Assembly: GCA_054600435.1 (NCBI GenBank)
Contig: BAAIJX010000006.1
Coordinates: 124,001 to 188,000, forward strand
Reading direction: 5' to 3'
Length of the DNA stretch: 64,000 nucleotides
Origin: Neophaeotheca triangularis
Taxonomy: Eukaryota
Under the pieces are notes generated by a model. It saw only the letters and a list, made by a program, of their open reading frames with translations, ran no database searches and was not told where the DNA came from. The position numbers and the translations under genes are program-made. The number at the start of each line of letters is the position of its first letter. Within the stretch, counting starts at the first letter, position 1. Below are positions 47,258-59,317 of the stretch, piece by piece.

Positions 47258-47930
47258 GTCGTTGTCTCTGCCTCCGTGTTTGGTCGGCCGTCGCGACGGT
47301 TCTTTGTAGACGGCAAAGGGAGTTGCGGACGCCAGCTTGACGATGGTAGGTATTACCTCAGATTGCCGGAAGCTGGACTTGGGACTGGCACTTGGACTGT
47401 GGAGCTGGCGACGACGCGATGGAGCTTTGACTTTGACGTGGCCACTCAGGCATCAACTCTCCACTTGCCAGACTGACGCGTGTTGGGTGTGATGAAGAAG
47501 TAAGGTACAGTACCTCATGAATACTTTCAGGCTTCTGAAACGACACCTCATATCATGGCTGAGCATCAAGCTATCCTCTATTGACGTCGTACCTCAGGAG
47601 CTTTTGGGATGTCCTTGGCGGTACTATGCAGATGTACAGTGCCACGTGATGCGCAGCTTGTGCCTAGGATTGGAGAAGATATTCGATCGAACCAGTGAAC
47701 ACATTGTGAATATATTATTGAATCATGACTGAGTGGTAGGGTATTGGTTTTGCAATTCTGCAGACTGTCTACCTACAGCCCTCACGACACTCAAGCACCA
47801 TAGCGGCAAGGCAAATGGGCAAAGCTCCCAACGCCATTGCGCCTTTTGCACTCTTATTCCCCCACCATGGCCACAAAAGCACGCTTGGTGAGCAGATGAG
47901 AAGCACACTCTGAGAGAGAGCGCGCTACAT

Positions 47931-48945
47931 CTATTGGCCGGCGAGCGCGTACGCCCTCCTGCGGTCCCTCTCCTCCGCAATGCTGAGCTTGACACCCTTG
48001 CCCTTGGGCAGGGAGATCCAAGGCCTCTCGCGACCGATGACGAAAACGTTGGTCTCACGCGTGGCGAACTCGTTGTCGACGGCGTCCTTGATGTGGACGA
48101 CGTTGAAGGCACCCTCGTGGCGCTCACGGTGGGTGATGACACCGACACGACCCATGTTACGACCACCAGTGGCCATGGCGATCACACCAGTGTCGAAACG
48201 GATGAAGTCAGTGATCTTGCCTGTATTTTATCGTTGTCGGATTAGCCGTCTGTGTTCCCATCTCTCTGAACTCTTGTATCGCTACGTACCAGTCGCAAGG
48301 TCGATCTTGACGGTGTCGTTGACACGGATGGCCGGGTCGGGGTAACGGATACTATTGTCCTGTCTCAGTATACTCGCTCTTTTTCATCGCCAAAGCTTGG
48401 CCCAACGGCTGATAGATGGGACACTCACGTGCGCGCATCATGCGTAACCAAGAATGGGATACCGCCCTTGCCCAGCTGGACACGCTTGACCTTGCCGAGC
48501 TTGTATGCGGCCTCCTCGTCGGTGATGCGGTGGACAGTGAAGCGGCCCTTGGTGTCGTAGACGAGGCGGAAGTGTTCGCCAGTCTTCTCGATGGAGACGA
48601 CGTCCATGAAACCGGCCGGGTAGGTGGGGTCGGTGCGGACCTTGTGGTCGACCTTGATGAGGCGCTGCATGACAATGGCCTTCATCTCGCGGTTGTTGAG
48701 GGCATACTTTAGGCTGTGCGATGAGCATTGTTAGCGACCGCTTCGCGCTCTCTCTTTCCACCGCCTTTGCCTCTTGGTGAAGTGGTGGCGCACCGGTTGC
48801 GAATGAACACAATCAAGGGCATGCAGTCCCTCAACTTGTGAGGACCGGGAGAGGCCTTGGGAGCGTAGGAACCGCTGAGCTTGTCGAGCAGCCAGTGGGA
48901 TGGCGCTGACAGACGCTTTTGGTGCTTGACGGGTCCTCGTGCCAT
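47931..48945 (-). CDS. RPS4: 40S ribosomal protein S4 (eS4), 4 exons, 262 aa
   Basis: Exons 48945-48794, 48713-48429, 48351-48290, 48220-47931. [25 protein letters not shown]...YPAGFMDV...[10 protein letters not shown]...[21 protein letters not shown]. Confidence 0.97.
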
Positions 48946-49525
48946 GGTTGCGGTTGTCTTGTCGTCGTGAGAAGTGTCGTCGTCAAAGTCAAGCAAAGAA
49001 GTTCCCTCAATTTGCGAAAGGGCGTTGCCAAGTCCAAGTTCTGAGCTTTTCGGAGCACGGAGAAACAGAAAGACCGGTCGGGTTATCTAATCTCAATCAA
49101 ATCGCTCTTCATCACGTGCAGCAGCTGGAGCCCCACGACCGCGACTCACCTCGCTCAAGCTCGCTTTTCCTCAGCCTTGAATCCTTCAAGCCTCATCGAG
49201 CCTCGACCCATCTATACAGAAATCATGCTTACCGGTAGACTTGGCACTTTACCTGGAAACGATGTCTTCTCTGCGGAGCTGTCGCATACCATGCACGTTT
49301 CCGTCCACTCGAGGCAGCTCATCCATCGCTTGAGTCGATGCGGCTCGGTACCTGCACCTGTACCATGTTGACCATGATGACCGTGCTGCATATTCATTAG
49401 TGGTCAATCAGCCTTGCAAGGAGTCGCAAGGTTAACCTTCTGGCTGAAGTGTCTCTTTTCCTTGCTTATCTCTGCCTCCACTCTTAATCCGTTCTCTACT
49501 CTCATTTACTCGTCCACGTGTACAC

Positions 49526-52005
49526 ATGGCCAACGCCAGGAGACTGGAGGAGCTTATCCAGAAACTAGAAGACCAGCAAAAGGCCTACGAAGAGACCCGT
49601 CGGCAAGTTGAGGAATTGCTCGGACGTGACCTCCAGGACACTCGAAGATCTGTAGATGGAATACCTCGCTCGGCTCCCAGATGCAACGGGGACTCTGGAC
49701 AATCAACTGCCAATACGCCTGACTTCGCTGGCTCAAGGCCGGGTTCACCACGTCAATCCTTCTCGCGGGGCTCACTCTCGTATGATAAACATCTGCGAAA
49801 AGTCTCGACTGGCTTCAGCCTCCAGACCGTGCAGAGTTCCTCGGAATCAAAGGCGACCGGGGACGAGTCAGACGAAGATCAGGATGAGAGCTACTTTGCC
49901 CAAGAGCTCTTGGAGACTGTAACTCATCACCACGATGAGTTGCGGGAGCATCTCAAAAACTACGGATGGGATGATTATTGTAAGAAAGTATTAGAGACGT
50001 ATGTTTGCTCACGCCATGGAGGACGTGACCCGGGACTAACCAAGTTGCATAGCATTGTGGATGATGAGAGCAGACTGCAGCAGCCCAATCTATTTCCGAC
50101 GCACGCAGGCAAAGCTGAGGACCGGAGACATTACAGCCACTATCAAGTTTTTGACGTAGGAAAAGACGGAGCTCCTGTACCGGTCGATGTGAGCCATGTG
50201 CCCGATGTGACTAACAAGGCCACCGCATTATGGCACGCTATTAAAGATGTAAATCCACCATCTCGCGAGCGGGAGGCAGTCGGCCGTATCACGATTGCGA
50301 GAGAGCCATCGCCTATCCTCTTTGGAGCAATCCACCTCACCATGCACCGCACTTTCGACATGGATGAGCTGTTCAAGCTCCTTGTGAAAGCCGAGTCCAC
50401 CGAGGCACATATGCATCGCGCTTTCGACATCGACCCGATGAGACAGAGCTCGTTTGTGTTCTCTTTCGAGTACTTTACCATTATAGGAGATGAGTGTGAG
50501 GTGAGGAAATATCTTCTACAGCCAAGCCTTGTGTGATTGCTCGACACGCAGCTTTCCAAGCACGTGCAAACGAGTTTATCAGCTCCATCACTAACACCAT
50601 TTGCAGCCCATGAAATGGCAGTGGGCTGACCGTCAGAAACTCAAGCCATCCCAACACCACATACCGTTAACACGATGCAGTTCTGTGGTCGCGCTGGCAT
50701 TGAACGGCAAATCGATCAAGAAAATTCGCAATACCGCCCGTCGTGCAACGACAGCTCACGGTTGGGCGTATGACCCGTGGGCCAGCTGGCAGGTCCTGAA
50801 CATTCAATGCTACCCCGACTGGAAATCCAGCACCGACACCCACGACAGCACCAAACACTACGTCAACGGGCCGGAAGCCTTCATGTACACTCTCCTTGGG
50901 GAGTACCGCGACGCACAGGGCCGCTTCGAGGACATCTGTAAACGCATCGCAAGAATAGTCACACCTCCATTGGACTTCATGTGGAACTCGAAGAAAAGAG
51001 ACGCCTTGCTGTTCGAGGACAAGGATTTCACGTACTCCCGCCGCTACTTCTGGGCATTTCAGACGCTGGGCATCATGAACGACTCCATCAAAGCCATGAT
51101 AGACGCTTACGAAAACAATTTCACCGACGAAGTCTGGCAGGGCCAGCACAAAACCCTCTGGCCGCTACTCGATGAGAACAGCCCTCGCAATGTACACTAC
51201 GTCCGCCAAATGTCCAAAGTCCGGAAGCTGTTTGACATTGAAATCAGCAACATGAACGACATGATAGAAGAAAACAGCCGACAGCGCAAGACGATCCAAT
51301 CATTGCGCGACCAGCTCTTCAGCGGTACCTCAGTGCTCGAATCGCGCAGATCCGTCGAAGGTACCTACATTACCGTCCAGCAAGGCCACAACATCAAGAT
51401 TCTCACTCTCGTCTCCATGGTCTTCTTACCTCTAACCTTCGTCACTGGTGTCTTCGGTTCGTCACCACTCTTCCCGCAACCCCCCACACCCATAGCCACA
51501 TCCCACCTCCACTAACCACCCCCACTCAACCGTAGGCATGACAAACATGAGCGAACGCAAAGTCTACTGGCAATTCGCCGTCGTAACCGTCTGCGTCTGC
51601 GTGCCCTTTCTCCTCCTTGTCGGCAGTCTGAACACCACCTCCGGCATGCAGTTCTGGCGTGATAAGACCAAAGCCTTCTGGCACCGCGCCGTGAAAATCT
51701 CTGCCTGGCTCTTTGGCTTTGGGAAAAAGAACGGAGACGAGAATCAGGACGGCGATACCAGCGGTCGCGTGAGCCGCACTGATAGTGCAAATGCTAACAT
51801 TAGGTTGAGGAGGTTTGGCAGTACTCTTGCTCCGGCAGGAGGCAAGGTAGGGGCTCACCCGGCTGAGAAGATTGAGGGATTGGAGAGCGTGGAGAGTCCT
51901 GGAGGGCTGAGCGAAATCGGAAGACGCAGCTCGAGGTTCCCGGCTATCTGGCGGAAAGATCGGACTAAGAGTTCGCAGGTAGGAGATAGTTCTGCGGCGG
52001 TCTAA
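49526..52005 (+). CDS. CorA-like Mg2+ transporter-domain membrane protein, 4 exons, ~746 aa
   Basis: Exons 49526-49998, 50053-50500, 50607-51456, 51536-52005. LFSGTSVLESR...NIKILTLVSMVFLPLTFVTGVFGMTNM plus a second TM helix, resembling the CorA two-TM C-terminus. Confidence 0.7.
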
Positions 52006-52814
52006 TCGAGGGTGAAGTATCACGTGGAGGGAGGTAGTGGAAGGGCGGAAGGGCGGAAGGACTCCGTACACGGGTGCTGCCTCGCACAGGTATGGTCGGC
52101 GTTTGCAATACTAACCGCGGTAGACGAGATCCTGTGATGTTTTCTTTAATATTTGCGCCTGTTCTCAGCGTACTCTCTGGTCTTGTCCAACGTTGATGTA
52201 CGCCGCTTGCCCTGTACCTCTAGCGAGCGAACGATTGGCGAGACAGCCATGAACTAGCGGCTCATGGATCGGGCCAATGATGTGCGAACATTACCCGGTG
52301 AAGCTGAAACACTCCCACCCTAATCTTGACCACACCTCGTTAATTACCACCACCTCCGACCGACTTTTATAATGCCGAAGACGACAGGGAGACCCAGATG
52401 GCTCTGGAGATATCACCTTCAAGTCTTGTACCTGTAGCTGCCGAGACCTGAATAGGTACCGCCTACCAGGCCATTTCGTTGTGTCCTGAATCAAACTGCT
52501 TGTTTCATCTAAACAAGAGCAAATTTAAACTTCACGTACCGCCCTGTGTATGTGTCTTCACCATCTATGCCGTCCAGCCCCGGCGCCCGGGCAAGCATGC
52601 GATATTAACAATCTGGGTCTCGGAAAGCATTGATGTCGCGCAGCATATTGCGGATTGTAGTCCAGAACCTACAGCGCGTGCTATGTAAGTAGTAGGCCTC
52701 TTCTCTTCGACTTCATCTCGCTTTTCTCAGTCCAACAGCTCGTTCATTCTATAGTCTTCCTACCACAGTCGCTCATTTGACCTTGACATTCCTTTGACGA
52801 GAAGAAGAAGAAAC

Positions 52815-53696
52815 ATGTTCTCTTACGCCCCCCTCCTCGCCCTGGCGGCGAGCTCCGTCTCCGCCCTTCCAACAGTCTCCACCCTCGCGGCGCGTCAGTT
52901 CGACTTGCCGCAGCCCCAGGAGCTGTGCGGTGTCCCCGACGACTCCGTCATCCTGTACGGCAAGCAATACATTGTCTACAACATGATGTGTAAGCCCCCG
53001 CCCTGCCCCAACCCCCTTCGCAAAACTAACCCCTGCCCAGACAACTACCAACAAATCGACGGCAGCGTCTGCACCACCTACGACGGCCTGACCTCCACCA
53101 ACACCGACCCCTACGCCGGCGAGGAAAAAGTCAAGTGGACCAGCGTCTGGGACATGGCCGTCAGCACCGACAACATCCCCAAAGGCTACAGTTTCGTCGG
53201 ACTCACCCAAGGCCTTGAAACCCGCTTGTCGGACATCGACAGCATCCCCGCGACCTACCACTGGATCCGGCGCAACGAGACGGCCTACAAAGGCGCCGTG
53301 GTCTTCGACTTCATGACCTCGGACACGCGCGGCGACAGCACCAACCCCTCGCAAGCGCAGGAGCTGATGCTCTGGCTGCGGTACGAAGGCGGGCAGCTGC
53401 CGATCGGGTACATGGATGGCCCGGTCGCCAAGGTGCAGTTGTACGGCAAGCGCTGGGAAATGTACCAGGGCAAGAACACGGACACGGGGATTACGGTTAC
53501 GAGCTTGGTGGTCGATGCGCAGGACCAGTACTGGGGCTGGTTCAAGGGTGATCTCAAGGAGTGGCTTATGGCTGTTGCGCAACAGGGCGTTTTCTCCGAC
53601 AGCACGTATGTTAATGTGGGAAATGCTGGCATGGAGCCTTTCTGGGGCAAGGTGACTTTTGAAAACAAGGTTGCCATGGTTATCAACCCGAAGTGA
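52815..53696 (+). CDS. Secreted glycoside hydrolase family 12 (endoglucanase/xyloglucanase-like), intron 52990-53040, 276 aa
   Basis: Signal peptide MFSYAPLLALAASSVSA; nucleophile motif QELMLWL, GGQLPIG, acid/base motif AGMEPFWG. Confidence 0.8.
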   Translation: MFSYAPLLALAASSVSALPTVSTLAARQFDLPQPQELCGVPDDSVILYGKQYIVYNMMCKPPPCPNPLRKTNPCPDNYQQIDGSVCTTYDGLTSTNTDPYAGEEKVKWTSVWDMAVSTDNIPKGYSFVGLTQGLETRLSDIDSIPATYHWIRRNETAYKGAVVFDFMTSDTRGDSTNPSQAQELMLWLRYEGGQLPIGYMDGPVAKVQLYGKRWEMYQGKNTDTGITVTSLVVDAQDQYWGWFKGDLKEWLMAVAQQGVFSDSTYVNVGNAGMEPFWGKVTFENKVAMVINPK

Positions 53697-54024
53697 GGGT
53701 TTCGTTGGTTGCAGTTTAGGGGGCTTCGGGGGCGGGGTCCAGGAGACGGGGGTGATGTTTCGCTTCTTTGCGGTTCAGAGTTGAATCTTGGCCGGTACTC
53801 AGCTTGCTGAGGTTTTCAAATAGAGAAGCTAAAAGCTCACTTTGCTCAGTTCGCCGAATTGTCCGTTCTGAGAATCACTATCCTGTGCTCTTCTGGCCAC
53901 AAAGGTCTACTAGCCGATTCAGCCTCATCGACTAAGCGGTATGAGTAGGGAAGCTCTTCAGCCTCTCAAGTCTCCTTTTTCCCTTCCCCCCAAAAAACCC
54001 AGCAAATCCCCCTCCACAACAACC

Positions 54025-55309
54025 TCAATAATCCGTATACAACCTCGTAGCCAACCCCGGCCTCTCACCCTCACCCACCCCACCCCTTCCCTCCGCCCTC
54101 TCCCCCGCCTCCTTGGAAATCCAAACCCCCGCACTCGTCCCCAACCTCTCCGCCCCCGCCTCCAGCATCCTCAGCGCATCATCCAGCGTCCTAACGCCAC
54201 CCGAAGCCTTAACCTTCATAGCCCTCCTCGCATCCCCGTGCGAAACGGCCAAAGCCTCACAACACGCCCGCATCAACCTAACATCCTCGACCGTAGCGCC
54301 ACGGCCACAAAACCCCGACGACGTCTTGATGAAATCGAATTCCGCGGCGGCGGCGAGGGTCGCCGCGGCGATGATTTCGGCTTCGGAGAGTTGAGAGGTT
54401 TCGAAAATGAGCTTGAGGAGAGTCGGGTGCGGGGCTAGTTGCCGTAGCGTCGCGAGCTCGTTGTAGATGGTGCTGTAGTCTGGGGCCGGCCCGTGGAGGA
54501 GCGGGTGGTTGATTACAATGTCCAGTTCGCTTGCGCCGGCGGTGAGGGAGAGTTTGGTTTCTCTAGGGAAGTGGGGTGTTAGGGCGGAAGGGAGGACAGG
54601 GTGTTTACGGCTGGCTTACTGGATCTTGTGGTAGAGGTCGTAGGTGCCTTCGTGGAACCCTATGACGCTTGCGACTTTGACGTTGGAGCCTTTGAGGTTC
54701 TTGACGGCTTGTTCGACGAAGTTGGGACGGACGCAGACGGTCTATGTATGATAGGTCTGGTCAGCTTCTATTGTATCTTAATGCAACGTTGCTTTACAAA
54801 AAGAGCAAGGCCCTCTTAGGCCGGCGCTCCATGACCTGATCATGCCTGACAGCATCGCATTTGATGCTAATATGAACCCGTCACTCCCCTTGACCACGAG
54901 CTGCTTGCCCTTCCTCCAGATCTCGCTCTTAATCCTCTAAGCCCTCCCTCGACTCACCTTCCCATATCCCCTCCTTCCACGCCCCATCCCCCTCCCCCGA
55001 ATCAAGCCCCCGCCCATAAGCCCAAACCAATCCCAACCCCCCTCCAGAAACCGGGCCAAGAAGAAAGAACCTAAGACCCAAGGAAAGACTTTAACCACCT
55101 ACCGCAAACCCCCCAACCCTAGCCTCAGCACAAAGCGCATCAACCGCGTCCCCCGTAGCCTCGAGTTTCAGCAAAGTATGATCGACCGTCTTATTGAGAG
55201 CCGAACTGCCCACGCGCCAAGTAGGATAGGGTTTCGAAGCCAGAGCCAGGTTTTGCGTGGTTTGGGCGATAAGAGCCGCCCATTCTGGGTTCGTGTTGCG
55301 GGTCGTCAT
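54025..55309 (-). CDS. Deoxyribose-phosphate aldolase (DeoC/DERA family), 3 exons, 288 aa
   Basis: Exons 55309-55103, 54741-54620, 54562-54025. Motifs VDHTLLK, TVCVRP, VIGFHEG, ELDIVIN, LKLIFET, FIKTSSGF, VKASGGVR, RLGTSAG. Confidence 0.9.
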
Positions 55310-56260
55310 GGAGGTGTCAGCTCAGGGTTCCTGGGGGTTGGTGGGTTCGCTGGGTTTGCTGGGGGTTGTGGAGTTACGACTGGCGTGGAAGGGGGTTGGG
55401 GGCTTATAGTTATAGGGGTGTGTGGGGACGAGTGTATATGGTATAGGCGTGCTCTCACCTCGACCACGGGAATGTCTTCTGGACTCGCCATCTTTCGGTG
55501 CTATTTGCCCAAGGTTCTTTGCCTGTGCGCGGCGGGCTGGAAGGGTCAGCCGTTACTACTGTACCTAGTCTGCCGTGCCGTCGCGTGGTTGCTATACGCG
55601 TTCCCGGCCGGTGGCTTGTTCGACGGCGACGATGGCGCTGTTGATCAATACGGAATAAAGAGATTAGTCTTTCGGTGAGGTTGACGGCTTGGTCGGACGG
55701 GCAGGGATGTCGCCAGTAGAGTGATGTATCTAGTAGTCTGGGTCTAGATGGGTGGTAGCGGGCTGAGCGGTGGGGCTCCGCGCGGGTGAGGGTTTGTGTT
55801 AGTGATTCTCGAACAAATATCCTGAGTATTTGGTCGAACGAGTTCATCAATGTCTACGTAGACGACAAGTCGTTTAAATGGCTATCCGAAGAGGGGGGAT
55901 ACTTGTGAAGCCCCGGGACTTCCTCCTGCAGAAAGTCAAAGAATCGTGTGCACGCCTCCCCCATGGCCTTGATAGCGTTCATGGTTGGCTTCGCGAGGTG
56001 TTCGCATGCTGCGTTGTCTCGAGAGAGCTACAACATCATCGCCTGAGCACAATATATCGTTCAATCGTTGTAATGTCCGTGACTCCGGCTATTCATAATG
56101 CATTTGAGCGATTTGAAAAGTCGGCATCATCTCGCGGAACGGACTGGTGTTCTTGACACTGGTGTAGGTGCACAGTGCACAGGGGGTTTGCGGGCTAGCT
56201 AGGGTTGATAATGGACTGGAACAACAAAGGAACGTACAGATATGTAGGTAGTCAGCCGCA

Positions 56261-58136
56261 TCATCGAGCCAAACGATCGTTCGCTGGCAACTCTGCCCTC
56301 TCTGTCCGGTGACCTTGGTGATCAAGCTCGACGACACCGCCCAGCGCGTCCAATTCGTTGATCTCGTCGCCGTTTGCCTTCTCAAAAGGCGGCACATCTG
56401 CTTGATAATCCGCCCGCTGCGAAGATACCACTGGTACTTGCCCGCCATCGCTCTGACTTCTCCCGGCTTTCCTGCGTCGTAGATAGCGCCATAGGAAAAT
56501 TCCAACAATGACCGAGACCACCGCCACGACCGCGACGACAATGCCAACCATGGCCCCGGTCGACAGGGAGTCATCTGCTGGGGGCCCTAGAACTCCCAGC
56601 CACGAATCTTCCCAACTAGGATTGTCGGAGTCGAGTGAAATCGAAGAGTCTTGCATGAACAGTCTCACAATGTTCTCCCCTTTACGCTTGCTAGGTCCTG
56701 GCGCCTGTGAGAGGAATGTCTGCACTACTGTGTTGTTGACGATTCGCGCCCACGTCGCGGCCTGCAAGAACGCGCGGCCGAAGATGGCTTTGTTGCCGGT
56801 CTCGCTCAAGTCCCAGGGGCTGCACGGGAAGTAAGGGGTTGGCTCGTCTCGGAGTGGAGCTGTGAGGTTGAGATTGAGAAGGGCGAACGGCACTCTGATT
56901 AGGTAGTCGCTGGTTGAGTTCTGACTGGCGAAGGTGAAAGTCAAGTAGTGAAGCGACGACGTTATACGGTGATAATCTTCGTCGTCGGTATTCCAGAGAT
57001 AGAGGCTGAGGCTCGTGTCGTAGCGCACCGGCAGATAGGCGCTAATGGCATTGCAGACTGACTCTGGCAGGTACATGTACTAGGTTTTGTGTGAGTGTTG
57101 CGGTCATGGGCACTTTGTGAGGGTCGTTCGTCTTACTGGCACCTCTCCAGTCGGATGGACTTCCACACTGTCGTACATTTCGCCATCGCCATTGATTAGC
57201 AACCCCCCTTGCGGAACGGCTTTAAAGGCGGAAGAAACGCCTGATGAAACATTCACAGAAATGTCCTTCAGGTCGACAGTGAAGCCATCTTTTCGTATAG
57301 GTTCCGTCAAGAAGCGAGAGCTGTCGTATCCGCCCAGCACCAGGCTACCGTTCATTCCGTAGGTTGCCGATCCAGCGTGCAATGCGAAACTTGTACTTGG
57401 TATAAATCCCCTGTCGCGTGCATTAGTCAGCACGCTCACGGCGGTGGGTTCCTCGCCGTCGGTGGTCTCCCAGACCACCTCGCCGTCCTGTAACCCAAAC
57501 TACGACGCAGTTAGCTCTACTGTGCTCCTTTCGGCGAAAGAATAGGTGCTATACCCAGCCAACTGCTACTGTGTAGCTTGCACCTGCACCGCGAAAGTTG
57601 ACAGTCAGGTTTTCCGAGCGTTTAATGCCCATATTAGACGCCGGAAGAATGAACGACCTCTGACTGGTAGCGTCGCGTAGAGTCATAGGCTGAGCCATGG
57701 TTCTGTGATCTCCATCCAGTCTTAGGACGATGGGACCATATCCAGCGAATGCATTGAGACCATGAATCTGGCTCTCTGTTCCCCGAACGTCCTTCCACAA
57801 CTCTGGTATCGGGGCCGGACAGGATCGGATGCCATCTGGCTCCGCGTTCTTGCAGGCTTCTTCAGCAGTGACTAGACAAAATCGCGAAATTGCAGGGTAC
57901 ATGGGTAGATATTGCTCGGGATCACCGACTGATTGGTTTATCGCATTCCATGGACCTGTGATGACGAGTAGTAAGTACATATACTAACAATGCGAGGGCA
58001 TGCATTACTAGCCGTCAGGACCGTCGATTTTCACATCGTACTGGATCTGTATTGGAGCCGCATTTTCGTCGCGCTGTGCGAGAACGGCCGTCAGTCCAGC
58101 CAGAACCAAAAGCGCAAAGCCGGACAATTGAACCAT
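56261..58136 (-). CDS. Pepsin-fold (peptidase A1-like) type I membrane protein, probably non-catalytic, 4 exons, ~568 aa
   Basis: Exons 58136-58013, 57955-57555, 57499-57137, 57079-56261. Signal peptide, GPDGPW, IPSTSFALHAG, GSLVLGGYD, PYMYLPESVC, IFGRAFLQAA, TM GAMVGIVVAVVAVVSVIVGIFLW followed by RRRK. Confidence 0.72.
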
Positions 58137-59317
58137 CTTGAAGTGGACGATGAAACCGATCCGAGCCTTGAAGCAAACAAAACAGAAGGGAAAGAAGAGA
58201 AGAAGCAGCTTCTATTTTGGAGCAGCGAGGCTGGGGAAGAAGGCGCCTTTCAGCTGAAAGACTGCGGCCAGCGTCCCGCAACCTCGAAAGGACTTGGTAA
58301 ACGAGGGCGTACGCATGATCTAGGCCAGAGTCGAGCGTGAAGGATGGCGTGCATGGTCCTCTAATTACTTGGCAAACGGTTGGTGCTGCGTCGATTGATA
58401 GGCGGGGGATCACCAACGCAGAGTACAAAGGAGCCTACAGCTCCAGCTTTTATTACTCTTCATTTGCTGCGAGCCACTCCCTCAACAAGGGTCGACGCCA
58501 TGCGACCATCAAAGACGCGGCCGGAAACTCCAACAAGAGCAGGCGGAGTGGCGATCTTCCGGGGAAATGAATGCAGTCGGGAGTCGGCCTCACGAATGTC
58601 GAATTGTGCAAACACAAGGTAGCAACAACTGGAAGGCGATCCCCTGAAGGCAGCCTTTAGAAGGTACTGTAGGCCTGTGTGCTGTCTGCGAAGGAGCATG
58701 AGCATGCACATGCGGTCGCCGATAGGACGAGATCCACGACCGGTGAAGCCAGCGTCGGCGCTTATTGTTGTATTCAGGACCAAGCGGTACCTTGTCTCTC
58801 GATCGAGGTATGATATGGTGGTGTTGTTGATCTAGTCGCTATCGTAATTTAGAGCTACGATGGTATCCCAGAGGGTAGTTGTCAGGGTGTAGGGACGACG
58901 TTACTGTAGGTAGTTGGTTTAAGGTGATTGATAGCGTGCGAGCCGGTGGGGCGGACTTGGCTGGGAAACTAGCGCTGGGTATGCTTGGGTGACAGTCCTG
59001 GGGTGTGTTTTAGCGGTGAGTATCCGTTAACGTCACCGAGGAGAGGTCTAAACCCGCCTGCCCAAGCGATACAATACTCGTGAGGTCCTCATGGCAACTT
59101 TGAACTTGCATGGAATGTCTATTATAGCGGGGGTGGTCGGTTACCAAATTCTTTAACGTCATACTTCTGCATCGAACACGGAAAGAGATGTAATCCTTCG
59201 AGCGATAACAGCAGCAAGGTACAAGTGTAATTCGTGGTATTTGCAACAACGCCCCGCCATATTCCCATTGCATTTCCCGATCATCCTACCCAAACTCCAC
59301 TCAAAGATCCAGCGACC

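Noticed and set aside
54828..54875. TPP-riboswitch-like ACCTGATC plus short stem inside the long aldolase intron
   Set aside because: It lies on the strand opposite the gene, and the CTGAGA element and P1-P3 stems are missing.
55306..55491. Upstream ATG (MASPEDIPVVE) as an extra first exon of the aldolase
   Set aside because: A donor-like GTGAGA follows, but there is no good branch site and the nearest acceptor leads to a stop; a possible uORF, unsupported.
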